A DNA stretch of 64,000 nt from Sideroxydans sp. (GTDB lineage: Bacteria; Pseudomonadota; Gammaproteobacteria; Burkholderiales; Gallionellaceae). The position numbers and the translations under genes are program-made. A model generated the notes under the pieces. That model did not search any database. It had not been told where the DNA came from and saw only the letters and a program-made list of their open reading frames with translations. The first letter of the stretch is position 1; each line of letters opens with the position of its first letter. Below, piece by piece: positions 27,401-40,185 of this stretch. The DNA is taken from assembly GCA_041665725.1 (NCBI GenBank), contig JBAYIG010000002.1, forward strand, positions 31,085 through 95,084. The letters are read 5' to 3'.

Positions 27401-27727
27401 ATGAGCGAACACATCCGTTATGTCACCGATGACACCTTCACTGCTGAAGTATTGCAATCACCAGTGCCTGTACTGGTCGATTACTGGGCTGAATGGTGTG
27501 GTCCTTGCCGCATGATTGCCCCCATCTTGGATGAAGTCTCCAAGGAATACGCAGGCCGCTTGAATGTCGCCAAGTTGAATGTGGACGAGAACCAAGAGAC
27601 ACCACAAAAATACGGTGTGCGTGGCATCCCGACATTGATGCTGTTCAAGAACGGCAACATCGAAGCAACCAAGGTCGGCGCGTTGTCCAAATCACAATTG
27701 ACCGCGTTCATCGACAGCCACATCTAA
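27401..27727 (+). CDS. trxA: Thioredoxin
   Basis: WAEWCGPC active site, 108 aa, [14 protein letters not shown]. Confidence 0.95.
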   Translation: MSEHIRYVTDDTFTAEVLQSPVPVLVDYWAEWCGPCRMIAPILDEVSKEYAGRLNVAKLNVDENQETPQKYGVRGIPTLMLFKNGNIEATKVGALSKSQLTAFIDSHI

Positions 27728-27893
27728 ATTTTTCAACACCCTGCCCTTCACTGCATCGTTTCTTTCAGAGACACTCAAAACAAAATAAACACGATGCGAT
27801 GATGGGCGGAAATTCCCGCAAAACCCCAAACCAAACTGTCTCACATCCCTAGCAACTCTCAATAACTTAGCGCTCACGCGCCCCATCCTGACT

Positions 27894-29150
27894 ATGCATC
27901 TATCCGACCTCAAGACCAAACACATCACCGAATTAGTGGAAATGGCGACCACCAATCAGATCGACAACGCCAACCGCATGCGCAAGCAAGACTTGATCTT
28001 CGCATTGCTGAAGAACCAAGCCAAGAAAGGCGAGAGCATCTTCGGTGAAGGTACGTTGGAGGTGCTACCGGATGGTTTCGGGTTCTTGCGATCACCCGAC
28101 ACGTCGTACCTCGCAGGCCCTGACGACATCTACGTCAGTCCCAGCCAGGTGCGCCGCTTCAACCTGCATACCGGCGATTCGATCGAGGGCGAGATCCGCA
28201 CCCCGAAAGAGGGCGAACGCTATGTGGCGCTGGTCAAGGTGGACAAGGTCAACGGCGAGCCACCGGAGAACGCCAAGAACAAGATCCTGTTCGAGAACCT
28301 GACGCCGTTGTTCCCGACACAACAACTGACGCTTGAGCGCGACATCCGCGCTGAAGAGAACATCACAGGCCGCATCATCGACATCGTCGCCCCCATCGGT
28401 AAAGGTCAGCGCGGCTTGTTGGTCGCTTCTCCGAAATCCGGTAAGACGGTGATGTTGCAACACATCGCCCACTCCATCTCCGCCAACCATCCTGATGCCA
28501 CCCTGATCGTATTGCTGATCGATGAGCGTCCAGAAGAAGTGACTGAGATGAGCCGCACCGTGCGCGGCGAGGTGGTTGCCTCGACTTTCGATGAACCAGC
28601 CACACGTCACGTGCAGGTCGCCGAAATGGTGCTGGAAAAGGCTAAACGCCTAGTTGAACACAAGAAGGATGTCGTCATCCTGCTCGACTCCATCACACGT
28701 CTGGCACGGGCTTACAACACCGTCATCCCATCTTCCGGCAAGGTGCTGACCGGTGGCGTGGATGCAAACGCTCTGCAACGCCCTAAGCGTTTCTTTGGTG
28801 CGGCACGTAACATCGAAGAAGGCGGTTCACTCACTATCATCGCCACCGCACTGGTCGACACCGGTAGCCGCATGGACGACGTGATCTACGAAGAATTCAA
28901 GGGCACCGGCAATATGGAGATCCATTTGGATCGCCGCATGGCCGAGAAGCGCATTTACCCTGCCATCAACGTCAACCGTTCTGGCACCCGCAAGGAAGAG
29001 TTACTCATCAAGCAAGATTTGCTGCAGCGCATCTGGGTTCTTCGTAAGCTGTTGTATCCAATGGACGAATTGGAAGCAATGGAGTTCTTGCTGGACAAAG
29101 TGAAAGCCACCAAGAACAACGCCGAATTCTTTGATTCAATGAAGCGCTAA
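27894..29150 (+). CDS. rho: Transcription termination factor Rho
   Basis: [42 protein letters not shown] (Walker A), [10 protein letters not shown]. Confidence 0.97.
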   Translation: MHLSDLKTKHITELVEMATTNQIDNANRMRKQDLIFALLKNQAKKGESIFGEGTLEVLPDGFGFLRSPDTSYLAGPDDIYVSPSQVRRFNLHTGDSIEGEIRTPKEGERYVALVKVDKVNGEPPENAKNKILFENLTPLFPTQQLTLERDIRAEENITGRIIDIVAPIGKGQRGLLVASPKSGKTVMLQHIAHSISANHPDATLIVLLIDERPEEVTEMSRTVRGEVVASTFDEPATRHVQVAEMVLEKAKRLVEHKKDVVILLDSITRLARAYNTVIPSSGKVLTGGVDANALQRPKRFFGAARNIEEGGSLTIIATALVDTGSRMDDVIYEEFKGTGNMEIHLDRRMAEKRIYPAINVNRSGTRKEELLIKQDLLQRIWVLRKLLYPMDELEAMEFLLDKVKATKNNAEFFDSMKR

Positions 29151-29179
29151 GCCCTGAAAAGGAAAACCAAAAAAGGCTT

Positions 29180-29207
29180 TTGACGGATGGTGCCCTTTAT
29201 GTATAAT
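29180..29207 (+). promoter_or_regulatory. Sigma70-type promoter of rplU-rpmA
   Basis: TTGACG (29180-29185), 16-nt spacer, TATAAT (29202-29207), then the same GCGCGCCTTT discriminator as at rpsT. Confidence 0.6.
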
Positions 29208-29290
29208 GCGCGCCTTTCGGAAAACGCAGTTTCAGTGAAGGCATAACCATTCGGTTATGCCGTAACTAAAACGCATCAAGCGAGGTCGTT

Positions 29291-29602
29291 ATGTACGCAG
29301 TAATCAAAACCGGCGGTAAGCAACACCGCGTGATCTTGGGCGAAACACTCAAGGTCGAATCTATCGTTGGCGAAGTCGGCACATCCTTGGTATTGGACAA
29401 AGTGTTGATGGTTGGCAATGGTGACAAAATTTCCGTTGGTCAGCCTCTGCTGGCTGGCGCGACAGTCAAAGCGACCATCGTCGCTAATGGCCGTCACGAC
29501 AAAGTGACCATCTTCAAGATGCGTCGTCGTAAGCACTACCAAAAGCATCAGGGTCATCGTCAAAACTACACAGAGATCCGTATCGACGGCATCTCTGCTT
29601 AA
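29291..29602 (+). CDS. rplU: 50S ribosomal protein L21
   Basis: [14 protein letters not shown]... canonical L21. Confidence 0.96.
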   Translation: MYAVIKTGGKQHRVILGETLKVESIVGEVGTSLVLDKVLMVGNGDKISVGQPLLAGATVKATIVANGRHDKVTIFKMRRRKHYQKHQGHRQNYTEIRIDGISA

Positions 29603-29620
29603 TTGCTAAGGAGCTAGAAA

Positions 29621-29878
29621 ATGGCATCGAAAAAAGGCGGAGGTAGTACCAGTAACGGCCGCGACTCGCACTCGAAACGATTGGGTGTTAAGAGTTACGG
29701 TGGCGAATTGATCAGCGCAGGTAGCATCATCGTGCGTCAACGCGGCACTCAAGTTCACGCAGGCGACAATGTCGGCATGGGCAAGGATCACACACTGTTC
29801 GCCAAGATGACGGGCAAGGTCGTGTTCGCAATCAAAGGCGCGGCTAAACGCAAAACGGTTAGCATCGTCGCTGCTTAA
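29621..29878 (+). CDS. rpmA: 50S ribosomal protein L27
   Basis: [24 protein letters not shown]...IIVRQRGT canonical L27. Confidence 0.96.
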   Translation: MASKKGGGSTSNGRDSHSKRLGVKSYGGELISAGSIIVRQRGTQVHAGDNVGMGKDHTLFAKMTGKVVFAIKGAAKRKTVSIVAA

Positions 29879-29894
29879 GTAATTGAGCAGTTAA

Positions 29895-32122
<2,228 letters not shown>

Positions 32123-32137
<15 letters not shown>

Positions 32138-32160
32138 AACAGCAGAACTAGGTTGCGGCG
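32123..32160. repeat. REP-like hairpin unit A (contains the proB stop codon in its loop)
   Basis: ctagttctgctg (32123-32134), loop taaaa, cagcagaactag (32140-32151), tail gttgcggcg. Confidence 0.7.
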
Positions 32161-32220
32161 TAGGCTAACGAGAGCAAAGCGAACGTTAAGACACGGAGTG
32201 GCGGCCAGAGCCACAATTCG

Positions 32221-32255
32221 GTATTGCTGTAACACAGCAATACTAAGTTGCGGTG
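32221..32255. repeat. REP-like hairpin unit B
   Basis: gtattgctg (32221-32229), loop taaca, cagcaatac (32235-32243), tail taagttgcggtg. Same architecture as unit A, with compensatory stem changes. Confidence 0.7.
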
Positions 32256-32317
32256 AAGACTCTCGTACCCGCAGGGTGAACCTTTAGGTTATGTCGGAGC
32301 CACAACCCCATCACTGA

Positions 32318-33334
32318 TTACGCGTCGTACCAGCCCTGACTGCGCTTCACCAGATACACCACACTCAACATCACCGGCACTTCGATCAACACGCCGACCA
32401 CCGTCGCAAGTGCCGCACCAGATTCGAATCCAAACAGACTGATCGCCGCAGCAACGGCCAATTCGAAGAAATTGGATGCGCCGATCAATGCCGAGGGCCC
32501 CGCTACGCAATGTGCCTCTCCCACTCTGCGATTCAGCCAGTAGGCAAGACCTGATGTGAAGTACACCTGGATGGTGATGGGCACAGCCAGCATCAGAATG
32601 ATGAGTGGCTGTTCAACGATGGCTTTACCTTGGAAGGCGAACAGCAACACCAGTGTCAGCAACAGCGCTGAGATGGAGATCGGCCCCAGTTTTTCCAATG
32701 TTACTTGCAACGTTTGTTCGCTGCGCAACAACAACCACTTACGCCACGCTTGCGCAATGAAGACGGGTAGCACGATGTAGAGCCCCACGGATACCAGCAA
32801 GGTATCCCACGGCACGATGATGGCAGACATACCGAGCAGCAACGCCACTAACGGTGCGAAGGCGAACACCATGATGGCGTCGTTGAGTGCCACCTGACTA
32901 AGGGTGAACAACGGCTCGCCATTCACCAATCTGCTCCATACGAACACCATCGCCGTGCAAGGTGCTGCCGCAAGCAAGATCAATCCAGCGATGTAGCTAT
33001 CGAGTTGTTCGGCCGGTAGATAGGGTGCGAACAGATGGCGGATGAACAGCCATCCCAGCAAAGCCATCGAGAACGGCTTGACTGCCCAATTGATGAATAG
33101 CGTGACGCCGATGCCACGCCAATGCTTCTTCACTTCATGCAGTGCACCAAAGTCGATACGCAATAACATGGGAATGATCATCACCCAGATGAGCAGGCCA
33201 ACAGGAAGGTTGACCTTGGCGAGTTCCAATGTGCCCAGCCAATGGAATGGTGCAGGGATGAACTGCCCCAGCACCACGCCAACGATGATGCACAGGAAGA
33301 CCCACAGAGTCAGGTAGCGTTCGAAGATGCTCAT
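32318..33334 (-). CDS. acr3: ACR3-family arsenite efflux transporter
   Basis: MSIFERYLTLWVFLCIIVGVVLGQ...LLIWVMIIPMLLRIDF canonical Acr3. 10 TM segments. Confidence 0.92.
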   Translation of the reverse strand: MSIFERYLTLWVFLCIIVGVVLGQFIPAPFHWLGTLELAKVNLPVGLLIWVMIIPMLLRIDFGALHEVKKHWRGIGVTLFINWAVKPFSMALLGWLFIRHLFAPYLPAEQLDSYIAGLILLAAAPCTAMVFVWSRLVNGEPLFTLSQVALNDAIMVFAFAPLVALLLGMSAIIVPWDTLLVSVGLYIVLPVFIAQAWRKWLLLRSEQTLQVTLEKLGPISISALLLTLVLLFAFQGKAIVEQPLIILMLAVPITIQVYFTSGLAYWLNRRVGEAHCVAGPSALIGASNFFELAVAAAISLFGFESGAALATVVGVLIEVPVMLSVVYLVKRSQGWYDA

Positions 33335-33338
33335 ACCA

Positions 33339-33836
33339 TCAATCCTGGATACGACCGATCTCGTTGAGTTTGTCTTTCAACACCAGCTTGTCCAACTTGT
33401 CGATCGGCAACGCCATGAACAATTGGATACGACGTGCCAACTGCTCCGCAGCTTTATTGAACGCAGCACGACGAGCCTCCTCGCCTTCGATATGAGCAGG
33501 ATCAGGGATACCCCAATGTGCAGTCGCCGGATGGCCTAACCAAATCGGGCAGGCCTCACCGGCTGCGTTGTCGCACACAGTGAAGATGAAGTCGAACACG
33601 GGCGCATCGGGGCGAGAGAATTCATCCCAGCTCTTGCTACGCAGACCTTCTGTACTGTGTCCATGAGTCTGCAACCACTCGATAGCGCCGGGATTGACCT
33701 TGCCTGCAGGTTTACTCCCTGCGCTGTAGGCTTTGAACCTACCTTTACCCAACACATTGAATAGCACTTCGCCCAACACGCTACGTGCCGAATTCCCCGT
33801 GCACAAGATCAATACGTTATATTGTTTCTCGCTCAT
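33339..33836 (-). CDS. arsC: Arsenate reductase (LMW-PTPase / thioredoxin-coupled type)
   Basis: VLILCTGNSARS P-loop. Start at MSEKQYN (ATG 33836) with SD AAAGGAAAG. The longer track ORF would overlap arsR and is rejected. Confidence 0.9.
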   Translation of the reverse strand: MSEKQYNVLILCTGNSARSVLGEVLFNVLGKGRFKAYSAGSKPAGKVNPGAIEWLQTHGHSTEGLRSKSWDEFSRPDAPVFDFIFTVCDNAAGEACPIWLGHPATAHWGIPDPAHIEGEEARRAAFNKAAEQLARRIQLFMALPIDKLDKLVLKDKLNEIGRIQD

Positions 33837-33852
33837 TTCATCTTTCCTTTTA

Positions 33853-34176
33853 TCAACATTTCTTAGTTGGCGTCTTGCATGTCGCATCGTCACCACCACA
33901 ACAGTTCTCGGTGAGGTAATCCACCATGCCATTCATCACTGCGAAGTTCGCCGCGTAGTACACGAAGCGTCCATCCTGCCGACTCTCGACCAACCCTGCA
34001 TGGCTTAGCGTCTTAAAGTGGAAGGACATATTGGCTGGCGACACCTTCAGTTTTTCAGCGATCTGCCCTGCCGCCATTCCTTCTGGGCCACTCGTCACCA
34101 ACAGGCGGTAGATAGCCAAGCGAGTCGGCTGTGCGAGCGCCGATAAAGCTTTCACAACTTGAGCGGGTTTCATCAT
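33853..34176 (-). CDS. arsR: ArsR/SmtB-family arsenic-responsive repressor
   Basis: LSALAQPTRLAIYRLL wHTH and C-terminal cysteine cluster ENCCGGDDATC. ATG at 34176 preferred over the TTG at 34188. Confidence 0.88.
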   Translation of the reverse strand: MMKPAQVVKALSALAQPTRLAIYRLLVTSGPEGMAAGQIAEKLKVSPANMSFHFKTLSHAGLVESRQDGRFVYYAANFAVMNGMVDYLTENCCGGDDATCKTPTKKC

Positions 34177-34246
34177 CTTACGATTCAATTATTAAACGAT
34201 TATTAAAATAATAAATGGGATGCAGGATCAGGTCAAGCGCGGTGAC

Positions 34247-37200
34247 TCAGCGATAGCGGAAGGAATAGAAGATATCGACCGCATCCTCGACACCAGTGCG
34301 CGTCACGAGGGTGATGCGTGGTGTGAGGGTGTAGGTGAACTTAGTGATACCCGTGTTGGAAGATAGGCCTTGCTCATAGCTCAGATAGGCGCGCGGGTTG
34401 AGGCGCTTACCGACTGTCACCACTTGGCTTTGCAAGGGATCGACTGCTCCCGCTTTCTGGTTCAGCGACAACTCATCCACACCGACCGCGCGTCCGATCT
34501 TGGAGGCTGACTGGCCGCCCATGATGTTGGTCGCCGCAGATAGTAGCAACGACGAATCCACACCGCTGCTATCAGGCACACGTCCCAGTACCAGCCACGA
34601 GAGTTTCTCCGCATCAGGCACATTCGGGTTGGAGACCAAGCGAATGACCGGTTTGCGTGCCGTACCCAATACTTCGACCCCGGCTTCCACGCTCAATCCT
34701 TTGCGATACGCGAGGATGTTCAACCCCGGATCATCCATGCGTCCTTGGAAGTTCACCATTCCGCGTTCAACTTGCAGACGTTGTCCATAGGCATCGAACA
34801 CAGCATCTTGTGCGTTGATGATGCCCGTCACGCGAAGTTGTTCGCCCGGCTCTCCGTGTACATCCAGCTTACCGGCAAGGCGCGCTTCCAAACCCGAGGC
34901 GCGGATGAAGAACTTGTCACCCAGATCGAGCGTAGCGCTGACCTTGTTCTGTTGCTTGACGCTCTCATCCACTTCCTGTCCGACGATCTGCACATCCTCG
35001 TCGAGTTGCGGGCGCGTGCTCACAGGTTGATCGATGAGACCGGCATCGGCACGAATATCGCCATCCAAGATGAGCGTCTTGCCGGAGAAGCGCGCATGGC
35101 CCGTACCAGAGGCGACGACCCAACGGTCAGCGCGCTGCAACAAGGGGAATTGTTGCGCAGTGATCTGCACACCGCCGCTATCACCCTTGAGGTCGAGTGT
35201 GCCGCTCGCGCTCAATTTACCAGCAGCGCGACTCAACCTAAAATCGCCCAGCAATTTGTCTTGAGGCTGTGGCAAATAAGGTGCATCAAAATCGAATAGG
35301 TCGAGATGCACCATATCTTGCTCAAAACGTGCACTCACCCGCCCGTTCTCAAGCCGCACACCTTGGTCGAGCATACCGAAACTCAAGCCTTCTCCCTGCA
35401 CCATGCCGCGCAGTCGCGGCGTGTGCATGTCCCCGACAAGGTCGGCATCCAACTTCAATTTCCCGCCACTTTGAAAGTTGCTATCCAAGGTCGGCCCCAA
35501 CCACGACAACTCATTCGAGTCGAGATACAGATGGCCTGTCAGCGGCGCATCGGAAGCCACGCCCCATCCTTCCTCTGTCTGAGTGAGCGGCAAAGTAGCA
35601 GTGGCGCTCAACTCGCCCAAGCGTTCGCCACTGGCGGCGAGTGCGGTCTGTAGTTGGTCATTGACGACCTGTGCCGACAGGCTCAATTCGTTCAGACCGA
35701 ACAACGCCCCCGTCTTGGCATCCACCACCCAATCGCCACTTTCGCGCCGCATATTCAAGGTCGCGTTCCAATGTGTGTCCTGCTTCACATCCCATGAACC
35801 ACCAAAACGTAGTGTGCCGAAGTTATCCATCGTTGGCGGAATGTCATCCACATTCACGGCGCGAATGCCCAAGCCACTGAAGCTGCCGCTACTCTGCCAA
35901 TAGTCAGGTGTCCAACGAGTGGTCTCCAAATGCGTACGGCCGCCGCCCAGCGCGATGTCGGCCGCACCGAGCTCCACCTCCTCCGCACCCAGCGTCAGCG
36001 CAGTGGTACTGAGCAATCGCAAAGGCACCGTACCCAAACCGATGAAATCATCCAAAGCACCTTGCCAGCGTAGTGCCCGCCAACCTTGATCGAGATCGAT
36101 CAGACCGCCGTGTGCTTGAAGTTGCAGATCTTCTTTCACTTGTGCGCCCTGCTCTACTTTGGCGAGTAGTTTCACGGTGTGGTCTGCGGGTGCGCCTTGC
36201 AGTTCAAAACTCGCCTCGGGAATGCGCAAGGCATTCCCTTGTTTCAAATCTTGCAACACGAGGTTGAGCGTCATCGACTGTGCAGAGACATCACCCGCTG
36301 CGTCTACACTGGTGATCGTCTGCCCAGCTGGCAACTTCAACTCTCTTCCGCTGAAAGAGAAATCGAATTTCGGTTCACCGATGCTTCCCGTGAGGGCGGC
36401 GCGCCCGCTCAGCTCACCGCCCAAGTTGGCTTCGACTTGTGACAGATCGGATGCCGCCAGATCAAAGCGCAGCTCGTCCGCACCCAGACCGTAGCTCCCC
36501 TTCACCGAGAGACGGTTATCCCCCAGATGCAAAGCCATCTCTCCTTTGCCATGCTTGCCATTGATGACCGCTGCCCATCCGGCTCCGCCGATCTCATATT
36601 GCGCGAAACGACTGTTGGCGAGCGTGAAGCGCATCTCAGCGGTCACCTCGGGTGATAGCTCTCCTTTGAGTGTCATCTCTGCGTTCAGGTCGGTCGGCGG
36701 GGTCGCAGCGAATTCAGCCAGATCCAACTTGCGCACTTGGCTGGTGAAATCGAACGCCCGGTTCTTATCCAGTGCCAACTTCCCATGCCCCTCGATACTC
36801 GTCTCACCACGCACCAGACGCAGGCTATGCAAAGCGACTTGTGTGCCTTGCCGAGTCAGATTTCCAGTAAGTTTTGATTCTCCATCGGTCAAGGCCAGCA
36901 CGGCATGTTGAGATTTTCCCGCACCATCCAGCGCGATTTTGCCATTCGTCGTCGTCGATGGCAGACGGCTATCCAAGCCTTTGAGGCTCACATCGCGCAC
37001 CGTCAATTGCGCCTCACCGGAGCGTTTCCGTGAATCCCAATCGAGATCACCTGCGAGTTGCCCATCCAGCAATGTCTTCGCTTCGAGGCGGCTGATCTGC
37101 CAATGCTCGGCAGATAGATTCAAGTGCGCGCGCGCATCGACGATCGGGATGCCATCCAGATCAAGCGTTTCCGCCAACTCGTTGTGCAACTGCAGATCAC

Positions 37201-38092
37201 CTTCCAAGCGATCGCCCTTCTGGCCACGAGCCTCCAAACGACCCGATAGACGCGTGTGCGGCGCCTTCTCCAACCAACGCGCGACATCGATGCCTTTGAA
37301 CTGCATCTGGATGCGCTGCAATGGCACCGCATCCAACGGCGTGATCACGAACGTTCCATCAGCGCGTGCCCCTGCTCCTTCGGCCTTGAGCTTGACCTGC
37401 ATATCGCGCAACTCGCCCTGCACATCTGCTTGCACCTTCAATCTCTCGGCACGCGGCGTAGAAGTGTCCAAAGTAATGTGCGAATTTACGGCAAATGGAC
37501 TGGCACTCGCCAAGGTCAGATCACCCGCCATCTCACCGAAGGGTAAGTGCGCATTGAGTAACCTCAGGTGATGCTGTTGAGGGTCGCTGTTCAAGCTGGC
37601 ATCCACCTCACTCACCACAAGATCAGGCTGGGTCGAACCTGCGGCGAACCAGCGGAACACGCCCACATGTATCTGTGCGGCCGTCACATCCAAAGGAAGT
37701 TGCAAAGTTGTTGGCAAAGTAGGCGCAGTCGTCGTCACAGCGACCTGTTCAGCATGCACGTCGAGTTGTTGCACGCTCACCCGCAACAGATGCAACTCCT
37801 GACTCAACAATGCCCGCGGCTGCCAATCCACTTGCACATCACTCACGTCGATACGTTGTGAATCAGAATCGAAAGCAAGATGCTGCGCCGTGAATCCTCC
37901 GAACAAAGAACCCGTCAGCCCATCCACCTTGAGCGCGCCACGCGTGTGCCTATCCATCACCCCCGCCATCCACACCATGCCGGAAGTCGTGCCCAGAAGG
38001 TAGTAACCCACCCCGGCGACCAAGAAGCACGGTGTGAGCAGACCGAGGACGATCTTGCTGCGCAGCGACAAAGTAGAATTATCTTTCGCCAT
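34247..38092 (-). CDS. tamB: Translocation and assembly module subunit TamB (DUF490)
   Basis: 1281 aa. N-terminal signal anchor, long beta-rich body, C-terminal DUF490-like ...LSYEQGL...TKFTYTLTPRITLVTRTG..DIFYSFRYR. Downstream of tamA. Confidence 0.88.
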   Translation of the reverse strand: MAKDNSTLSLRSKIVLGLLTPCFLVAGVGYYLLGTTSGMVWMAGVMDRHTRGALKVDGLTGSLFGGFTAQHLAFDSDSQRIDVSDVQVDWQPRALLSQELHLLRVSVQQLDVHAEQVAVTTTAPTLPTTLQLPLDVTAAQIHVGVFRWFAAGSTQPDLVVSEVDASLNSDPQQHHLRLLNAHLPFGEMAGDLTLASASPFAVNSHITLDTSTPRAERLKVQADVQGELRDMQVKLKAEGAGARADGTFVITPLDAVPLQRIQMQFKGIDVARWLEKAPHTRLSGRLEARGQKGDRLEGDLQLHNELAETLDLDGIPIVDARAHLNLSAEHWQISRLEAKTLLDGQLAGDLDWDSRKRSGEAQLTVRDVSLKGLDSRLPSTTTNGKIALDGAGKSQHAVLALTDGESKLTGNLTRQGTQVALHSLRLVRGETSIEGHGKLALDKNRAFDFTSQVRKLDLAEFAATPPTDLNAEMTLKGELSPEVTAEMRFTLANSRFAQYEIGGAGWAAVINGKHGKGEMALHLGDNRLSVKGSYGLGADELRFDLAASDLSQVEANLGGELSGRAALTGSIGEPKFDFSFSGRELKLPAGQTITSVDAAGDVSAQSMTLNLVLQDLKQGNALRIPEASFELQGAPADHTVKLLAKVEQGAQVKEDLQLQAHGGLIDLDQGWRALRWQGALDDFIGLGTVPLRLLSTTALTLGAEEVELGAADIALGGGRTHLETTRWTPDYWQSSGSFSGLGIRAVNVDDIPPTMDNFGTLRFGGSWDVKQDTHWNATLNMRRESGDWVVDAKTGALFGLNELSLSAQVVNDQLQTALAASGERLGELSATATLPLTQTEEGWGVASDAPLTGHLYLDSNELSWLGPTLDSNFQSGGKLKLDADLVGDMHTPRLRGMVQGEGLSFGMLDQGVRLENGRVSARFEQDMVHLDLFDFDAPYLPQPQDKLLGDFRLSRAAGKLSASGTLDLKGDSGGVQITAQQFPLLQRADRWVVASGTGHARFSGKTLILDGDIRADAGLIDQPVSTRPQLDEDVQIVGQEVDESVKQQNKVSATLDLGDKFFIRASGLEARLAGKLDVHGEPGEQLRVTGIINAQDAVFDAYGQRLQVERGMVNFQGRMDDPGLNILAYRKGLSVEAGVEVLGTARKPVIRLVSNPNVPDAEKLSWLVLGRVPDSSGVDSSLLLSAATNIMGGQSASKIGRAVGVDELSLNQKAGAVDPLQSQVVTVGKRLNPRAYLSYEQGLSSNTGITKFTYTLTPRITLVTRTGVEDAVDIFYSFRYR

Positions 38093-38236
38093 ATGGGCAT
38101 CTCAAATAATTCAAAGTTCTAAGCAAGACAAGGCGCGAACGAAAAATCGCGACGCGGCATATATGAAATATGTAAGGAGTGATTTTTCGTGAGCAACGCA
38201 GTATTGCGACGAAATTTGGATTAGTTGAGATGTCCA

Positions 38237-39985
38237 TCAGAAAGCCACCGCAATAGAGAAGTGATAGACAAGATCGGACACCGTCTTGCTACGCGCCACG
38301 TCCAGCGCCAAAGGACCCACCGGACTACGCCAGCGTGCACCGAAGCCATAGCCGATCACTGGTTTCAACGCTTCCGGACTATCCGCTGCATCACCCGCAT
38401 CGGCAAAGGCCGCCACGCCCAACGAATTGAACCAATGGGTGTACTCGGCACTCGCCGTCACCATCGCGCGACCACCGACCACCGCATCGCCTTCATGCAC
38501 ACCCAGACTTTGGTAGGCATAGCCGCGCACCGTCTGCGTACCACCGACACGGAACAGATATTCTTGCGGGATGTTCACGCGTGTCGGCGACTTGGTATAA
38601 CCCGCCTCGCCGCGCAAGGTGATGACATCGTCCTCGCTCAGCGATATCCACTGCTGACGCCGCAGATAAGTCCTGACGAAATCCTCATCCGAAAAAGCTA
38701 CCTTACCTGCACCACCAAGACGAAATTCTGTCAGCGATCCCGACATCGGCATCAATGGGTCATCCACTGCACGTTGCATCCAACGCCAGTCGAGCACCAG
38801 CGCTTGGTTGGTCTCGCGTATACCACCCTCAGGTATACGATGTTCCTGTTGCCAGTTCAGCCCGATGTTGAACTCGTTGCCATACACGGTGTGGCTGCGC
38901 GTCACGCCGAACTTGTCGCGCAAGGTCTCCAACCCTTGGATGGTGGTGCGCTCCCCACTGGCCAACCATTGCAAACGGAAACCCTGCGGATTGGGCAAAG
39001 TGTCGACACCCGCCGATAGTGTCTGTCGGTTGTTCTCCAACACCAATGCCGTGTTGAAAGCCCAAGCACGACTGACGAAATTGTTATCGAGATAACTCAA
39101 CTCGCTGCGCAGACCATTGTTGGTGCTATAGCCCAATCCGGTGGATACCTTGCGCGATTGTGCCTCGACGATCTGCACTTTCACCGGTGCGGTGACGACT
39201 GCCCCACTCGATACCTCTTCAAGGGCAGGCATGTCCAAACTGACGATGATGGAACTGAACTGGGACAGGTTCTGTAAACGTGTCTGCAATATCAATAGTT
39301 GGTTCCGGTCATAGGGCTCACCTTGTTTGAAGGAGGCATAGCGAGTCACCATCTCTTCCGTGTAGCGCTCCAATCCGCTGACTTGCATCGCGCCGAAACG
39401 ATAGCGCGGCCCCGAATCCAGCACGACACGCAAGCGCGCCGTAGCGGAAGGAATGTCGACCTTGGCAGCACTCTCTAGGATGCGCGCTGCCGCATATTCT
39501 TTGCGCGCCAATTGCGTGAGCAAGTCTGTCTTGGCCTGATCCCATGCAGTCGCACTGAATCCTTTTCCCAGTGGCAATGACCATTCCTTGCGCAGTTGTT
39601 TCGCTCGCTCTGCGTCCACCTGCTCGATGTCGCCGCGAAACTCGATGTCCACCGCACTGACGGTTGTGAGCGCACCAGGTTGGACCAGCAATTCCAGCGT
39701 CCCGCCTACCATGACAGAACGCAGAGACACCTTGCTGGCGAAATAGCCTTCGGTCATCAATAGCTCTGGGATCTCGTGCTGAGCGCGGCGCATGAAGACA
39801 GCACGCTCACTCTCCGTGTCCAACAACTCATCGGGCAGTTGAAAGTGCTGGGCCAGCACTGGTCGCACAGCTTCGGGAGCGATGAAGATCACGGCCGGGA
39901 TGCTGCCAGACTTGGCATGTGCGCTCGCCACCAGTCCTAGGGTGAGCAAGCCGATCAAGGACCAAGCTATCGTCAGACGATTCAT
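38237..39985 (-). CDS. tamA: TamA (Omp85/BamA-family outer membrane assembly protein)
   Basis: Signal peptide MNRLTIAWSLIGLLTLGLVASAHA, POTRA-like region, C-terminal beta-barrel ending ...YHFSIAVAF (terminal Phe). The track starts at GTG 40009. Confidence 0.85.
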   Translation of the reverse strand: MNRLTIAWSLIGLLTLGLVASAHAKSGSIPAVIFIAPEAVRPVLAQHFQLPDELLDTESERAVFMRRAQHEIPELLMTEGYFASKVSLRSVMVGGTLELLVQPGALTTVSAVDIEFRGDIEQVDAERAKQLRKEWSLPLGKGFSATAWDQAKTDLLTQLARKEYAAARILESAAKVDIPSATARLRVVLDSGPRYRFGAMQVSGLERYTEEMVTRYASFKQGEPYDRNQLLILQTRLQNLSQFSSIIVSLDMPALEEVSSGAVVTAPVKVQIVEAQSRKVSTGLGYSTNNGLRSELSYLDNNFVSRAWAFNTALVLENNRQTLSAGVDTLPNPQGFRLQWLASGERTTIQGLETLRDKFGVTRSHTVYGNEFNIGLNWQQEHRIPEGGIRETNQALVLDWRWMQRAVDDPLMPMSGSLTEFRLGGAGKVAFSDEDFVRTYLRRQQWISLSEDDVITLRGEAGYTKSPTRVNIPQEYLFRVGGTQTVRGYAYQSLGVHEGDAVVGGRAMVTASAEYTHWFNSLGVAAFADAGDAADSPEALKPVIGYGFGARWRSPVGPLALDVARSKTVSDLVYHFSIAVAF

Positions 39986-40185
39986 CGAGTATTCGGACAA
40001 AGAAAGCACACTAGAGGCATTACTGTGAAGGTTCGGATTGTAACTTAGGCATCGAGTTCCCTTAGCGTAGCGGCAAGGTAGAATGGGCGCTCACTCAACT
40101 CCTCCGCGCCCATGTTCATCGAACTCATCATCCTTGTGGTCGTCGTCGCTGTCGTCGTCATCGCACTACGTCCGCCGCGCCAATG

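Noticed and set aside
32138-32317. Possible tRNA or small RNA gene in the structured proB-acr3 spacer.
   Set aside because: No cloverleaf can be drawn: there are no acceptor/T-arm pairings and no GTTC-type T-loop. The structure is two similar simple hairpins, so it is called REP-like repeats instead.
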